Positions 1-14,339 are shown, counted from the whole stretch's first letter. The stretch: DNA of 58,657 nucleotides, filler included, from Sphacelaria rigidula (GCA_964200075.2; 5 parts of 5 records of this genome joined end to end with filler, not necessarily neighbours in it), one strand, 5' to 3'. The notes: generated by a model from the sequence alone, not told the origin. Numbers and translations are program-made.

Positions 1-3000
1 TGCCATCTCTTTATTTTTACAAGAACGCCAAAATCAATGTACTTGTGAGACAGTCTATTGTTGGTAATCCATGTGGAGTAGCGAGGCACCCTACATAAGC
101 CATATCAAATGAATGCTTTCCTCAATGGCTTTTCAAGGCAGACGCGACCACCTGTGGATTCTCCGATTAACGATTTTGGGATCGGGCCTCCAGAACGACT
201 CATAAGGCTGGTGAGGAATGATGTGTCTGGCGTCTGCACGAAACAGTGCCTTCATGTTGCTAAAAATCTACGTATGTAACCGCAGGGTTGGGAGGAATAC
301 CGAAAGCTTCATCCAATCTTTTTTAAGGTGCAGGTATAAACTGAAATTCGGGTGAGGTGCGCATGAGGTGATCTACATCTGATGCATCAAGCAGTATGGG
401 TTGCCGTAGAGAGACTACAACAGCATGCGGCGAACGGTGGGCCGCCCGCTACTTGTGGCTTTGGACGATATTATTGTCTCCATCACCCTGCTACACAGCT
501 CTTTGTGGTCGGGGTGGGCCGCGATGCCCCTCTTTGTTGCAAGCGGCCAACTCTCTTTCAAGGGTGTGGGCGTTGCGGCGCACATACATGCACTAACTAC
601 AGTACAGTGCAGTACGCCTCTCCGACTGCAGCAGCAGCTGCCGCTGAATACTCCCTTGCACGTGCTGGGCAGTTCTCAGCTACCGAAATCAGCCGCCTAT
701 ATACCGCTCCTTCGGCCCCGCCCACTTCATACACGTTTACTGTGTTCTGCAAGGCATCGGCAGAGGGATAGGCGAAACTCATGACTATAGCTCCTCCTCT
801 CCTTCCACGGCCTGGCTTGGTTCAGTGCCTCGTGAAAATGACCACATTGTAGCATGTACACTTCCCCTACCCCGATCATGTGTTAGTGTAATTACTACGT
901 TTTAGTGTAAGATCCAAGAAATCACGGGAGCGCTATGCTCGATGCAAGGAAAACGAGAAATCGTTCCCCGAGCATCCGGGCTTTGCATACTTACGAATGC
1001 ATTATATCTGGGCCAGGGATAGGGCCCCCACACGATCTTGGCATTGACGTCAAACTCGGTAACAACCCCCGCGCTGGTTGTTCGGGTGTGGTCGATGAAT
1101 TTCGCCTCACCGTGATTGGGCAGGTCGCTCCCTGGCAAAGCTGTTATTATTTTACTGACACATGGTCAACACCGTGTAAGTGGGGGGTCGGTACCGAAAG
1201 GGTTACGAACTACAGAACACCTGATCACATATCACGTTGGAGAAAGGGCTCCAACACACTCAGTGACTCATCTCGGAACAATAGAAATGGGGTTGTAGCT
1301 CTCTTCTCGACTCCTACTACGAATGCACACGTGACACCGGCGTCGGTGCAATGCCTCTGAGTAGAGCTTCATACCTGTCACGTGCTGTAATTCGTCACCC
1401 CACACGGCCTACAGAACTAGAGAACATTGCATGTCGGCTGTGCGTGGTCATCGCCCATTAAGCCACTTTCTCCCACACGAAGTGAAATTCTGCGGTAGAG
1501 ACGGCACAACGCCCCGAGTACGCATGCCGGACGGTGAAATCGTGGGCTAACGCACGTGGGGAGCGTGTGCTAGGATGTACAAACAAATTACTGAATCCTG
1601 TCCCTCGCTAACGTCTCTACAGCGCTGCAGGGCACGCGGTGTACGGAGCTCGAAACCTGCAGTGTGACTTCCCTGACCCGCACGAGGCCTGAACGGGAAG
1701 AGGTTCCGAATTAAGCAACAAATTTTTAATGCAGACAGAGTGTGGGGCGAGGGTCACTGCTGCGTAACTTCCTGTTACTCACTCTTTTATGACGAAAGCT
1801 TATGCGCGAAAGCAATTATTCTCCCGCAAAGTAGTTTCTGCCGCCGTATCTCTTACTCGATACATCCGCATCTTTGATTGTTCAAAGCTTAGGGCAGCGG
1901 GTTCGAGAAATCGCGAAGTATCAAATACCTCTACTATGAATAGTAGAACAAAACAAAATACTGCTGTGGTGCTTTCGTATATCTCTCCTATTGTGCACTT
2001 CCAACTACAGTACTTCGTTCTTCGTCGGCTTTCGTCTTTTTTCTCGAAGGGGTGGGTGCCGTCGTCGGTGTGGTTATTTCCGCTGTTCCCCGTCCACCGA
2101 TCGGTGTGACAAAGAGTTGTGATTGTGAATTGAACTCTTCTGTGCGGCGAGCCGTGTAGTCTGATAATGGGTAGGGTTGTTTTGTCATTCCTTATTCCAA
2201 GTTCGCCGCAAGTACTCGGACGGAGCTCGCTTGGGAAAATTGGCACCACAAAAGAGTCGTCAGTCGCATCGTTCCTGCTTTGCGGAGGGCGTCGATTTCT
2301 GAGTCCCTTTCTGCACCTCCGCGATGACTACCGAAGTTGGGATTGTTCAACCAATCGCCTGACCCACAAGGTGTACATAAATGCATGCAGCAACCTTGAA
2401 AGTACGGTTTGCTGAGGACTGCATTTGTCGCTGCAGATGCATTCATCGTCTTGGCCCCGTAATATAAGGCACTGCAGTTTCAGAGAACCACATGCCGTGC
2501 TCGGAGCTGAACCGAGTGAATACGGCACCACCCCGTGCTGCACCGCACACTCTGTGCCGCAGCGATACCGCCAAGATCAAATACTGTAATGTACCGCACA
2601 GTCCTTCTGCAAAAACCGTATTCGAGGACAACCCTGCAACACTCAGCAAATTGAATCAGTATTTTCGAGCCCTAGAGTTTGAAAGTGTCTGTTTGAGCCG
2701 TGAGATGAACCGACTTGGAAACCCATTAGATATTCATAATCATGCCATGAGTACCGGGTCACCATTCTCAGGCTATGCGGGTTCATGTTTCTTAGATGGG
2801 GTTTGCAACGCCGCCCCGTTCTCATGGCGCGAGCGTACCGCAAACCACGCTGCCTGTGCTTCTTTGCAAACAGCCGTTATCGGAGCGACACGAGTACAAG
2901 CCACACCTTTAGTGTCGAATTGATTCAAGATCGTGCCCACCCAGCGGCGCTGCTCTCCCACCCCACACAAGACAGCAACACCCCGTAGATAACTCAAATA

Positions 3001-4130
3001 TGTCTGACGCCAAAGGATCGCGCGAAACAACGTAGCCCGTCCGGTTGGGGTGGCCATTCATGTAGACCTTCAAGTAATGGTTTTCCCTTATCAGCCGACC
3101 CCAATAGTCGAGCCTGCTGATGATCGGGGGGCAACAACTTTACTATACAACTCTTCGTCAAGTAGGAAGGACGCCATGTAACCCTTCACTAGTTTCAGAG
3201 CATACACTGCTGAGTAAGCACGCAAGGCATGTGCACGACAAACACAATTTCACTAGTGTATAAGCTTTCCCCTCGTGACTAGCACATTCCACCTGGGCTG
3301 CACTCCACATCGAAACGAAAGGTAGGGCTACAAGACGTTCCTAGAAGTCCAGCCGATTGAACAATTTCATCGTCGTTCTTCCCGCTAGAAATGAACTGCC
3401 TCACTCCTGTAGGAGGCCCACAATAATCATAGCTTTTGCACGGAATGAGCGTGTTGTATACACGTCACAGCTCCTTCCTGTAAAAGATGACAGCGATTGG
3501 GTGCCGACAATGCCATCTCGCACGCCTCAAAAGTTAGCTGATAGCCATGGAAGGAGAACACCTAAGCTGTAGGCACGTAAAACAATGTACCTTGAGCGGA
3601 GGGTTTCTCATAACGGAAGATCTCGTATCACCAGAGAGATTACACGTGCACCACATGCAGGAGATCGAGGTCAACTTTACAGTTAAAACATGTTCTGAAA
3701 GTGCTGGTGTCGGTTGTGTTGAATCATCGAGCACCCGATCACCACCCTACAGTGCAGTATACCCCGTAGCAAGTCGTTATCACACGATTATGATACGCCT
3801 CCAGTTGCGTCCTTGTTGCCAAGTCAGCGATGCAAGGAGAAATAAACGACGACCGACAGGCAAGCGAAGCTACTTTTTGCAAGTCGCTGATGGGGCGTTA
3901 CGAGCTCGTCAATGCCTCCATCTCCGTCAGCCGTCCGTCACCAACACTCTAAGTGATTGTCGAAAGTATTTTGGTGAACATAAGTAGGCTAGTATAATAG
4001 CGCTGGTCTAGCTATCAGCATGAGCAGCAGTGCACGTGGCGGGATAATGAGGGAAAGCGGGTCGATCCCCCAAAGATCTAGACAGTACGGTGGGTACAGA
4101 CGTGCATACATGTACCGTACTCTACATCTT

Positions 4131-4495
4131 GCCGGTCGCCCCGGCGGCTCCGTCGGTAACCTCGAAACCTTCTGACGGTTGGGTCGTTGGTCCAAATCTC
4201 GGAGCGATCTAGGATTTTTTTGTCACACCACACCCAACAGTGGAGGGTAACTCTGTCTAGGAAACACAAAATTCGATTTAACGGTCGACGAGGGAAAGGA
4301 ACTGCCGAACCCCTCTCGCGATGAAACAATTGAGAAAGGCAAGCACCACAGAAGGAAGGTGGAGTACTAAAAACGAACAGAAGAAAAAACTCCTGTGTTG
4401 ATTATCCTCCTGTCTGACACCCGCCTGGTGCGCCCACATATACCGGAAGGTGTAGACCGGCATCCAGAATAGATGGGACGACAATACACACACAC
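4131..4495 (+). mobile_element. tRNA-derived SINE, full-length copy 1
   Basis: Head GCCGGTCGCCCCGG with degenerate Pol III A box (GGCTCCGTCGG) and B box (GGTCCAAATC), body shared with five other copies, (CA)n tail. Confidence 0.8.
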
Positions 4496-4789
4496 CAGCA
4501 AAAGTTAGCTATGATCATTCGGCCTAGTTTTTTTTTTTTTTAATCCCGCAAGCTAATGAAGTGGGAGTGACCCTTTCGATCGGTCGGAAAAAAAAACGCA
4601 TAAGGCTTTCTGCACCCATGACACGTACACCTACCTCCCCGTCGCATTGTATCACCCTAACGGTCTGGTCGTCCTTCATTTTCACGTCAAAAATGTGCCA
4701 ATGCAGCATAGGTTACCCACCCTGGGGGTGACTGCCAAAGTCGCGACAACGCCGATCTACAATGCTCAGTAGCGCAGTGCAATGGTGCA

Positions 4790-5196
4790 TAGTACAGTAC
4801 GGTGTTATTCTTTCTCTTTTCCCCGCTACATTCATCCCCTTCGTCTATGGGTATCGCCAAGGATCAGATGACACCAAACCCTTTGAGGGCGCCACCTCTT
4901 CCTGCTGCCAGCTAGTTGCAAAATAGAACCCTTGGACCGCCATCTCTGTCTTGCATTTATTTTTGAAAAATCACGCCCATGCTCCACAAGTGACTCATAC
5001 CTTGAGGGTGGCTGCTATCTGTATAGATTGATCAAGCCGCAGAGTACACCACACATCACAGTACAGTACAGTATAGCGTTGTCTTCTTTTGCCCTCCCTC
5101 CCTGCGTTCCTTCCGCTCGTCTACGGGTATCACCACGTATCGGATTACTCAATTCGAGAGCGTCACCTCTTTCCACCTGCCAGCTGTATAAAAGCG
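4790..5196 (+). repeat. Old local direct duplication (~4790-4925 vs ~5058-5196)
   Basis: Both copies read AGTACAGTAC...TCGTCTA(T/C)GGGTATC(G/A)CCA...GCG(C/T)CACCTCTT...CTGCCAGCT. Confidence 0.6.
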
Positions 5197-6655
5197 ACGC
5201 TTGATCGCCAGGGTGGACCATCTGCGGCGTACATTCACTTTTCGAGTCAAACTCTCCGAAGAGAGAGTTTTTCCTGCACCGATTTTGAAGTGAAACCCTT
5301 CGACCGCGAAGGTAGATCGTCTTTTTTTTCTTCTTCTCCGAGTGAAAAGTATTCCGATGCAAAATATGATCGATTCTGAGGTGAGTGACACTATTCCGTG
5401 TATTCCCGAGGTAAAAACTCTAGTCGCAGAGGACGGAGGCTGTAGAGGCGGCACGGCGCACATGGTGGTAGCGATTTAGTCAACACAGCATACCGAGAGA
5501 AAGTCATAATCCAGTCACCACGATGCTGTAGTTTCAGTACAGTACAAGCCGTGCTCCTTATCTTGGGGTGGCCCGTGCAGCTAGGTACGCGAATGGTGGC
5601 GCTTTTCCCAACATGGTATGAGAGAGTGCATTACACATGGACACACGCCTGCACCGAAACAAAGGTACTCCTACTTACACCTCTCGACCGACGTTTCTCC
5701 CCCAGCCTCCTGTCCGTGGTGTTTTTTCATTGGCAATCATTGAGAACGGGGGCTTGCTGAGGACACTCCATCGGGGGTTCGACCTTTTCCGGACCTTTCT
5801 CGATGACTACGTGCGCGATTTGAGTACTGATCGTTGCGTTGGGTGCTTCAGACCCGAATGCACCAAATAGCGCTGATCATTCTCCGGAAACACCCCGCGG
5901 CCAGCACACTATTTCGGAATGTGTATATACATTTACACATCTTCAGGTTTTGAGGGTAAGGGTTAAAAGCACTAGGACACGGCCAGTGCTGTAGGGTGTG
6001 TATGTGGGTGGTGAGGAGGGGTAGATTGTGCGTGAGCTGGGAGGGCGTCGTCTGAACGCGCGACTCACCCGTGAAGAGGTTGGACTCTAAAAGCAAGCGT
6101 ACCCGGGCGGAACATTCCAGAAGAAATAGGAAGAATAGATTACGTGTCCCTGGTCGGAATGGTGTCGTCGAACAGCCCGGACGCTTTTCGGGCTCTGATT
6201 AACATAGCTAACATTACAGTGCGCTCTTACTTCGACGTATCGATCAACGCGGTGCTCTGGACACCGAGCTTTTGCGAAACCTGAAAGTTGGTCAATGGAC
6301 ACGTGAGCGATCATCTTCATTCACGTTAGGCCGAATCAGCTTCGGACCGTCCTTGAGTTGTCTGCCACCGGTACCACGCCAATGCACTCTGTTCATGCTG
6401 GAGCAGGGAGGTGGATTTACGGTCTACGCTATCTCGGATGTCGCTGTTGGTCATCATATGTTGCTTTGCAGCTTTTGTTCGATCGACCCTGCACCTTGTC
6501 CAGAACACAAGCCAGGAGAAAAACGAGACGTATATAGGGACAAAACACCCACGGGGCATCTGGTATCCATCAGACGCCTCATATGTAGCTTGAGCTCCCA
6601 GACAGCAGAAAGAGAGGCCAACACAACCTCGGCCCGGGCGCGATATTTCGCCATT

Positions 6656-6992
6656 CCATCCATCCTGGACGCCGGTCTACACCTTTCGGTATATGTGGGC
6701 GCACCCGACGCGGTCGCACAGGAGGAAGGCCAACACAGTTTTTTTTTTTAATTTGTGTTCGTTCTCCACCTTCCTTCTGCGGTGCTTGCCTTTTTTTTTT
6801 TATCGCGAGAGGGGTTCACCAGTCCCTTTTCCTCCTTGACCGTTAAGTCTTCTTTTTGTGTACCCACGACATAGTCGCTCTCCACTGTTGGGCATTGTGT
6901 GAAAACAAATCCCACATCGCACCGAGATTCGAACCCACCACCCAACGGTCAGAGGGTTTCGAGGATACCAACTGAGCCAGGGGGGCGACCAG
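6656..6992 (-). mobile_element. tRNA-derived SINE copy 2
   Basis: Reverse complement shows GGTCGCCCCC-TGGCTCAGTTGG...GGTTCGAATCTCGG and the same body (GGAAGGTGGAG, GGTGCGCCCACATATACCGAAAGGTGTAGACCGG). Confidence 0.8.
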
Positions 6993-8604
6993 TGCCCGGC
7001 GCGATATGTTGTCTACAAGATTTCGAACAAAAGTAACTGCTCGAGGGGTCGTGACAGAAACCTCTTCTCATTTGTCACAGCCGTGAAGGTCAACCAACAA
7101 CGGCACGCCAAGGGTTCAATCATGCGGCCCAACAGTAGGTGTAGGGTCGGGCGGTCACCGTACAATGTTCCTCCCGTCGACAGGCTATGAGAGCCGCAGC
7201 TCGCAGACTCCGTGAATGGCTGCCCATCGACATGCTTGTATTGCTACGCCCATCGCTACAGCAATATATATATATATATCGCCATCTTACACGAAAATGT
7301 GGATCTGCCGTTTTTCCAGGGAGATGAAGAACTCTGATTTTTTTCCTTGCATCGTCATCATACACGCCCCGTGCGGTAAGGCTGCACACACTTTCGAAGC
7401 ATATATACTTTGCACGCTATTGCCACGCACATGACAAGAAGACTCGCTCAATTTCACACATGATCGGCCTTTCATGAATATCGAAGCGCGTCCGTTTACG
7501 TGCAGGTGTTCCTCGACTGGGACCACTTCTATGGTGGTTACGCGATATCTTCACTATTGCCGTCCAGTTCAAAAACGCCCAAGTGACGTTTGAACCTGAT
7601 CAAGAGATGGTATCGTATTCTTCATTTCTTATCAGATTCGTTGATTATTTGATTAATCTCCATCATACATCAACAGAATGATGGCCCGTCGCACTACTTG
7701 AAAATAGTGTGGGTTGATATTCGTTTATAGATTTTTTTTCCTTTATTTGACGATGCACGACTCTGTGTGGGTCTGAGGTCCAAAGTCGACGTACCTCTCT
7801 TGCCACAGCAACATAGATCCACCGTTGAGGCCCGAGGATCAAGAAACGATTGTGGCGAGGGGAGAGCGAACGTGTAGGCATGCAGCTGCGGGATACAGGA
7901 GACGAACACAGCAGAAGGAGGTGCTGCAGACGTGTACATCGGTTAGCCTCTACCATTTTGTTGCAGACTTCCTCGTAACCCGTCGGTCTATGTACAGATC
8001 TATTGACATCTCTACTTGGGCGAAGAGCATAGCGGCACACCACGCATATCCTACTACGTACGTCGTGGCGATCCGTGGAATGCGGACGGACACAGCCTTG
8101 TCCGCGTGCACAGCATCACGCCAGCGACGAACACGTGCCGAGCATGGGGCACCTTTTCTCTTTCCCCAAAACCGGTCCCGTCCACACGCACGCAACACAC
8201 GCATTGACCGAAGTAGTGTCCCGACGAATCTGGGATTTGCTGAGTCCGTCAGGCGCGGGTCAGTCAGGCGCATACGTCAACGAAAGGTTACAGCAGTAGC
8301 GGAGAGGTTGTGTTATGTCGCATCAGAGCTTGACTTCTATGCACACCATGATGCAAGCACAGTGTCTCGCAAGTTCACCCGTCCAACTCTAGTAGGAAAC
8401 GTCACGCCCTCATGCACACACGCTCCACTACACGAGCTCCCGTCGACAAAGCAGTGCATCTTTTTTCCCACCTCGAGTGTATATCGTGTGTGTGTGTCAC
8501 CAGCGGATCTTCTATGAAAACATTTGTGTCCACAGTCCAGGTGAAATGTACCGAACCATGCCGCGTTCTAGATGGCTAACATCTAGAAGCCCGCCGACCT
8601 TTAA

Positions 8605-10138
8605 CCCTTTTGGAACTCACAATGGGAAATTGATCATTTGCAATTGACGGTTTTTGAGCAACATATGGTTGATGGTTCACACCTTAGACGCAACAGTATT
8701 CGTCCACGTGTATTTTTCAGATCCCTTCCGAGTGACAAGTGGAACAAGAGAACGTTTCCTATTTTCTTATCGCGGTGAGGTCCAGAACCCGTCAGCGGTT
8801 TTTTCCAGACTCATGAGCTTCTTCCCCGGCCACAGTGCGCGGCAAGCCTCTGTGACGCATGCTTCCCGCCTAACCTGCACGCCCTTCCCGCCGCAGTTTA
8901 TACTCTTTGCAGCGTCATAGTAACGAGGGCAATGTCGATGGTAAATTCGCCATACGTATGAACTGGCGGTGTAATACAATTCCTGGCAGTCACCTTTCCG
9001 TGCCGCCGGAAGTGCTGCGATACTGCCCTGTACAGTACTGGGTGTGTTTACAGCAGTTTGGGGTCATCTCGACTGCAGACTCACGTCATGCACAACATCG
9101 CGCTCATGCACGTTCCGACAGCACCATCCCGCCGTTTGAAAAAACGCGTAGAGGTGACGCAGACGCCATGTGCCCTGCAGTTATGCACTTTCACTGTGGT
9201 GTAGAGTCTGCCAAGTGCCGTCGCCACAGGGGTGATGCCTTACTGCTTCGTGTTATGTCTGTATCGTATTTGAAAAATATCTCCGTGAAAATGGAGGCAT
9301 GCACAGAACTGCGCTCTGCCAAGCACGTGCCGACAACATCATACTGCGGGTTGACTATTACACAACGGCGTAGCGAAAGGCACAGTTGCCTCACCACATC
9401 CATACCGCGGGTTGATAGATCCCGACCGTTGCACAGACATACCTCATGCTGCATGAGATCCATGACGCCAGCTAACGCTATCGTCTCGTGCCGTCTACTC
9501 TCGTGGCCGACGTTTCACGACATGCTTATATTTATCTTGCACGGAGTGTCGCCGCAAGTGAATACTGTAACGTACTGTATTTATTGACTATAGTGTTTTT
9601 CATCTGGCCTGATTACGGTAGGCGGTGCCCGTTGGCTCCCTCCCGTGTGCATGTATATCGCCTGTGCGGACGCCTGCGATTACGCCCGCCATTTACCGCA
9701 CGCACAACCCTCTGTACCTTCCACGTTTGGGGACGGGATGTCGCTGGGTTCAGCCATACTATGCTATATGTACGGTGTGGCTTGTTAAATTCGCCACCTG
9801 ATGCTGCAGCCCGTCAAAACGGTGCTTCCATTATCTTCAAATAAATGCTGGTATACCGATGTGCCTGGTCAGACCCCGGAATCCATTGCTACTTTTTTAA
9901 TGGAATGTTCATAGTGGTTTTGTTGATTATCGATGGATACAATTGGACACATTTCATCCGCTGCGTGGTATAATTGGACGACCCTCACCCGAATTCTCCA
10001 GGGAGGACATTTTCCTCCGGTTTTCCATTATAAGAATGGTTGCCGTCGGCCTATTTTGTTTACATATTTTCCTATTCGTCAGGGCTTATCATATTAAGGC
10101 GTTTGGCCAGGGGACAGGAGGGGAGGGTTCCACAAGGG
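8605..10138. mobile_element. Non-autonomous piggyBac-type DNA transposon
   Basis: TTAA at 8601-8604 and 10139-10142 flank 14-bp TIRs CCCTTTTGGAACTC and (reverse complement) CCCTTGTGGAACCC (12/14 match). No intact transposase seen inside. Confidence 0.72.
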
Positions 10139-11199
10139 TTAACCACACAGTCGATGCACATACACAACCTACACTTACCACCGCAGCCAAATCTGTCGGT
10201 ACCAACTGTCGTTACTATTTGAGGGTTCTTCGGCTTGGCGGCACTGTCTGCCATGTTCCATCGGACAGTACAATGTTTTTCCTTTCCTATAATATGGAGG
10301 CTGTGTTTTCCAAGGTTAGACGCCAAGAAAATACGCACCTCGCGTGTGATGACGCCGAAACTTGGAGGATGTCTTCATTGGTGATACAGCGAGGTGTCGG
10401 AGCCACAGCCATGGCTACACAAGGCGCTGATGGCGGTCTACATTGAAACGGTGGATACCATTCTCACCCGTTTCTATTTTTATTCATCACTTCCTGTCTG
10501 ATGACGATTATAGTAGGTTCAATGTCGGTCAGGTTCGTAGACCGCCACGGATCCTTCCGGCTTCACCGTCAATATTCGCCCAGTCAGCAATGAACACTCG
10601 CAGGAAACGAGAAAATAACCAGCATCTAGGCCCCACCATATATGTGAGGGTCTTAAATGAACGTTTGCCGCTCCGAAAAGCTCAACACGTCAAGGTTAAG
10701 CTTGTCTCACGCGACCGCTGCGTTCTGCCATGGATTGTTCCCCACGTACTTGACAAGTGGGCAATATCCTGATACAGACATTGGAAATGCCAGCGGATTG
10801 AAGATCCTGGCAGTCTGGCAGCCGGCAAGGTAGTTATGGTAGTGCACTTCTAGCGATATCAACTTACACCATGCTACTGGCAAGCGGAGGACAATGATGC
10901 AACACGCTGAATGCCCGCGAGCACGAGCGACAGCAGTAGTAGTGATGGCAGCCAAGCCATCACAGGTGCTGTCGTGGACTGTAAGATGTATTCAAACGCT
11001 TTTTTGATAGCCCGAGGTTATCGGATAATCCTGATTTATGATAACTTTGGGCTGTTGGAAAATGTTATCAGAAACAATTCGATTAATAACGGAAAACGCG
11101 TTTATTGATCACATAATAAGTGGGGTTTTGGTCATTTATCAGAAAACGCGTTTTCTGATGAAGGTTTTTTTATACATAAGAAGCAGCCTAGGTTTCAAA

Positions 11200-11552
11200 T
11201 CCCATCTGTTAAAATGAAGCTGAAAAACCGAGATCAGCTCCGAGAGCACTGTCCATTTTCCCTCAAAACTCCCCTGGAAAACAAAAACAAAACGAAAAAA
11301 ACGAAAAAAACGAAAAAAACGAAAAAAAAAACATCGTTTTTTTCGTGATCATCAGTGGCGACTCTCCGAATGAAATTTCGAAGCACAACTCTCAAAAACT
11401 GAGACGCAATATCCAGATTTAGCGAATTAAGTGCCTCTGCTCGGAACATATTGATTTTAGTACAGGAACTTATGCGCGCCATATCTCGAGACACATAGCG
11501 AATTAGGCAAACGTGAAAGTATTGATCTTCTCCCCGTTCTCCAGGGAATGTT
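11200..11552 (+). mobile_element. Arm of long-TIR (foldback-like) element family, also at ~24930-25262
   Basis: Shared blocks AACTCTC(A/G)AAAACTGAGACGC, ATATTGATTTTAGTA, GCGCCATATCTCGAGA, TCCAGGGAATGT. Confidence 0.65.
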
Positions 11553-11653
11553 GCAAGGGTCGGACAAATAATGACTTGTCTGGAAATTACTTTGTTTTAG
11601 TATGATGAGTCGACTCGTGACGAATCAATCCCCAGGCTTTCTTTCAGCATTGC

Positions 11654-11753
11654 NNNNNNNNNNNNNNNNNNNNNNNNNNNNNNNNNNNNNNNNNNNNTTA
11701 ATTAATTAANNNNNNNNNNNNNNNNNNNNNNNNNNNNNNNNNNNNNNNNNNNN
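11654..11753. other. Artificial scaffold spacer (44N-TTAATTAATTAA-44N)
   Basis: An identical 100-nt spacer occurs four times about 11.75 kb apart; the core gives stops in all six frames. Confidence 0.97.
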
Positions 11754-12153
11754 ACAACCGGAACTAGAAAAGCAAGTCATTCTAAAAGGTCAAACTCCGC
11801 CTAGCTCTCTTTTGGAGCCTAAAACGACGTAAAAGCTCCAAAAAGACACTTTTCCAGGTTTTTTTTTCTGTCTATTATAAGAAGCGGCCTGAGCAAAAAT
11901 ATTATTTTCGACCCAAGCCGTGTCTTGTCATTTTTTTTCGTTTTTCGATCGAAAAAAGTGGGCCGAAAACAAAAATGCCGATGTGATAGGTCAGGATAGG
12001 TCGTAATTTATGTCCGCGTCATTTTATGTCCACGTCGTTTATTTTGAAACGATTTATCAAATAGGAATTTTTCTTTTCCGCCGTACTTTTTCGATCTAAT
12101 CAGATGCTAAGACACGCACTAAGATGGAGTCGTATCGGAGCTATCCACAATAT

Positions 12154-14253
12154 CGGCGCTCTTTACGTTACACGTTACACGTTACACTTTACACTTTACG
12201 TCACAAATGTGAGCTCTTAGTAACAATACGACACGTCACGTCACACTTTGTGACGTTTTAAAAATACTACGTCACGTCACGTCACAATTTGAAAACGTCA
12301 CATCACGTCACGTCACACTTGCGACGTCTTGAAAAATTGTACGTCACGTCACCTCACGTTGACGTATTCTTAAACGTTTATATGTGACGTATGACGTATA
12401 AAATACGTTACGTTTGTGACGTGTGACGTCATTTGTAACGTTACACGTTGACCGTGTTGAGGGCAAATGAATGCTACGTAGGACGTTGTGACGTTTCATG
12501 CAACGTAACTTGGTACGGGAGGTTCACGGTGGCTGCCTTGTTCAAGCATGAGGCGCGCTCTGATCGCTATTCTGACATGTATTGGTGCTTTTCAGCACGT
12601 GTATCGTTCGTGCGTCCCTGACTCTTACGTTGCAAACCCAAAGTAACTCGTCAATGCATTCTTGGTGCACGATAACATAATGGTGAGATGCTAAGATGCG
12701 CGCAGGCCCCATGATGTATACATACGACAAACGCGAGTATGTACAGATCATACGTTCGTTGGTGATACCTGGTACTCGGTTGGCATTTCGTAAAACGTCG
12801 AAACGGGGCAATCTGACTCTGTGTTGTGATCATCGATTGCTCACCCAGCAGGGTGTGTATGCAGATCTATTCTGGTACTACTACACATGAACTGATGATC
12901 CGCTACGAATATCCAGCCGCGTTCGCAGGGCGGACGCCATCAATGTAGAAACACATGATGACTTTTTGGACCAAGAAGAGAGACAAAAACCTACACAAAA
13001 CCGCTGGAATAGAGACACACGGGAGAAGAACAAAAATAAAAAACCCAACACCAACAGAAGAGAACAAAATAAAACAAGGCAGAACCGAATAATTCATTAA
13101 CACAACTACAGAACAGTAGTAGTGCCACCGAATTTGTCAACGAGGTCACAAGCTCGTTTTACCCTCCGCACCTCTGAAACGTCACAACGTCTGTCATTTC
13201 TCCATATTTTTTTCTTTGCTACAAGTGACGCCATTGAGTAAAATTACGCCACGGTACGTCACACCGTTGTGACGTGACGGTTGTGACGTGTAACGAACGT
13301 GCAACGTGTAACGTTATGCGAGGACCTTGACCGCCCAGATGCTGAGGATGTAGACAAGGACTCAGAGTGGCCACGTGCAGGCGTGGCACGTGACGACGCA
13401 GAGCAGCCAGAGGCTGAGCCCCCCCCTGCTGCTGCGGCCACCTCTGGTCAAGCAGCTCCCTCTGCTGCACTACCCTCTTCTGCAGCACCCTCTCTCTCTG
13501 CTGTGCCATACTCTGAAGGGGCACCCTGGACCGCGCTCATCGTTACCGTATCTCGTCGCTTGTTACTTGTTCACACCTTGGACAGTAGATTATTTTGTCA
13601 AAAAATGTACTGCGTCCAGTATGGAATCTACTGAATGCTGCAATAGACGCAATGGTCGACACTGTACGCAGTACACTTTTTCCTGTGTATTCTATTGTCC
13701 AAGGTGTGTACTTGTTACTTTACACGTCGCTCCCGCCCTGTCTGCGCTATCGAAGATTGTAACTCGAAATTCGGCAATTTCGAAACTTGTATTTTCGTAT
13801 TTCCAATATTCGCTTCTACGTTTGCAGATATTCACGTGTTCTGTGGTTGGGTGTGGTGCGGGGGTGCACGCTGTGGCGCTGAGCGTGCGCTTTCATCGCA
13901 TGCGTATTATGATGACGTAGGCTCAATCTTCTTGAACCCATGTACCCATGTACCATATCATATCGTATCACATAGTCATGTATGTACACGTATGTGCCCA
14001 CGAATATCACACTGATTGTGGTACAAGTTAAGCGTGCATGTGACGTTTGTGACGTTCATTTATACGTCACCAACCTGTGACATATTAAAATACATTGCAC
14101 GTCACAAGAAACGTTTCAAAATACGTTGATGTGACGTCTCAATAATAAGACGTCACGTCACGTCACAATTTTTACCGTCACGTCACGTCACACCGTTGTG
14201 ACTTGACGTTTATGAAGTGTAACGAACGTGTGACGTGGAACGTCAAGACCCTG
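12154..14253. mobile_element. Non-autonomous TIR element with (ACGTC)n subterminal arrays, possibly hAT-like
   Basis: Left end CGGCGCTCTTTACGTTACACGTTACACGTT matches the reverse complement of the right end CAGGGTCTTGACGTTCCACGTCACACGTT. Dense GTCAC/GTGAC arrays at 12160-12500, 13255-13315 and 14040-14250. No TSD seen. Confidence 0.55.
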
Positions 14254-14339
14254 GAAATTTTCCTTTGTAAACTTTGGCGCCGGTTTTTGCCCGCCGCAAT
14301 TCTGAACTGAGACAAAACTAACAATCGTTAGACCAACTC

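Noticed and set aside
1..3990. Several 100-150-aa ORFs at the start of scaffold 1
   Set aside because: I recognised no motif in any frame; this may be decayed TE coding sequence, but I cannot support a call by eye.
11698..11709. TTAATTAATTAA as a biological motif or piggyBac target
   Set aside because: It is embedded in Ns and identical at four joins, so it is an artificial linker.
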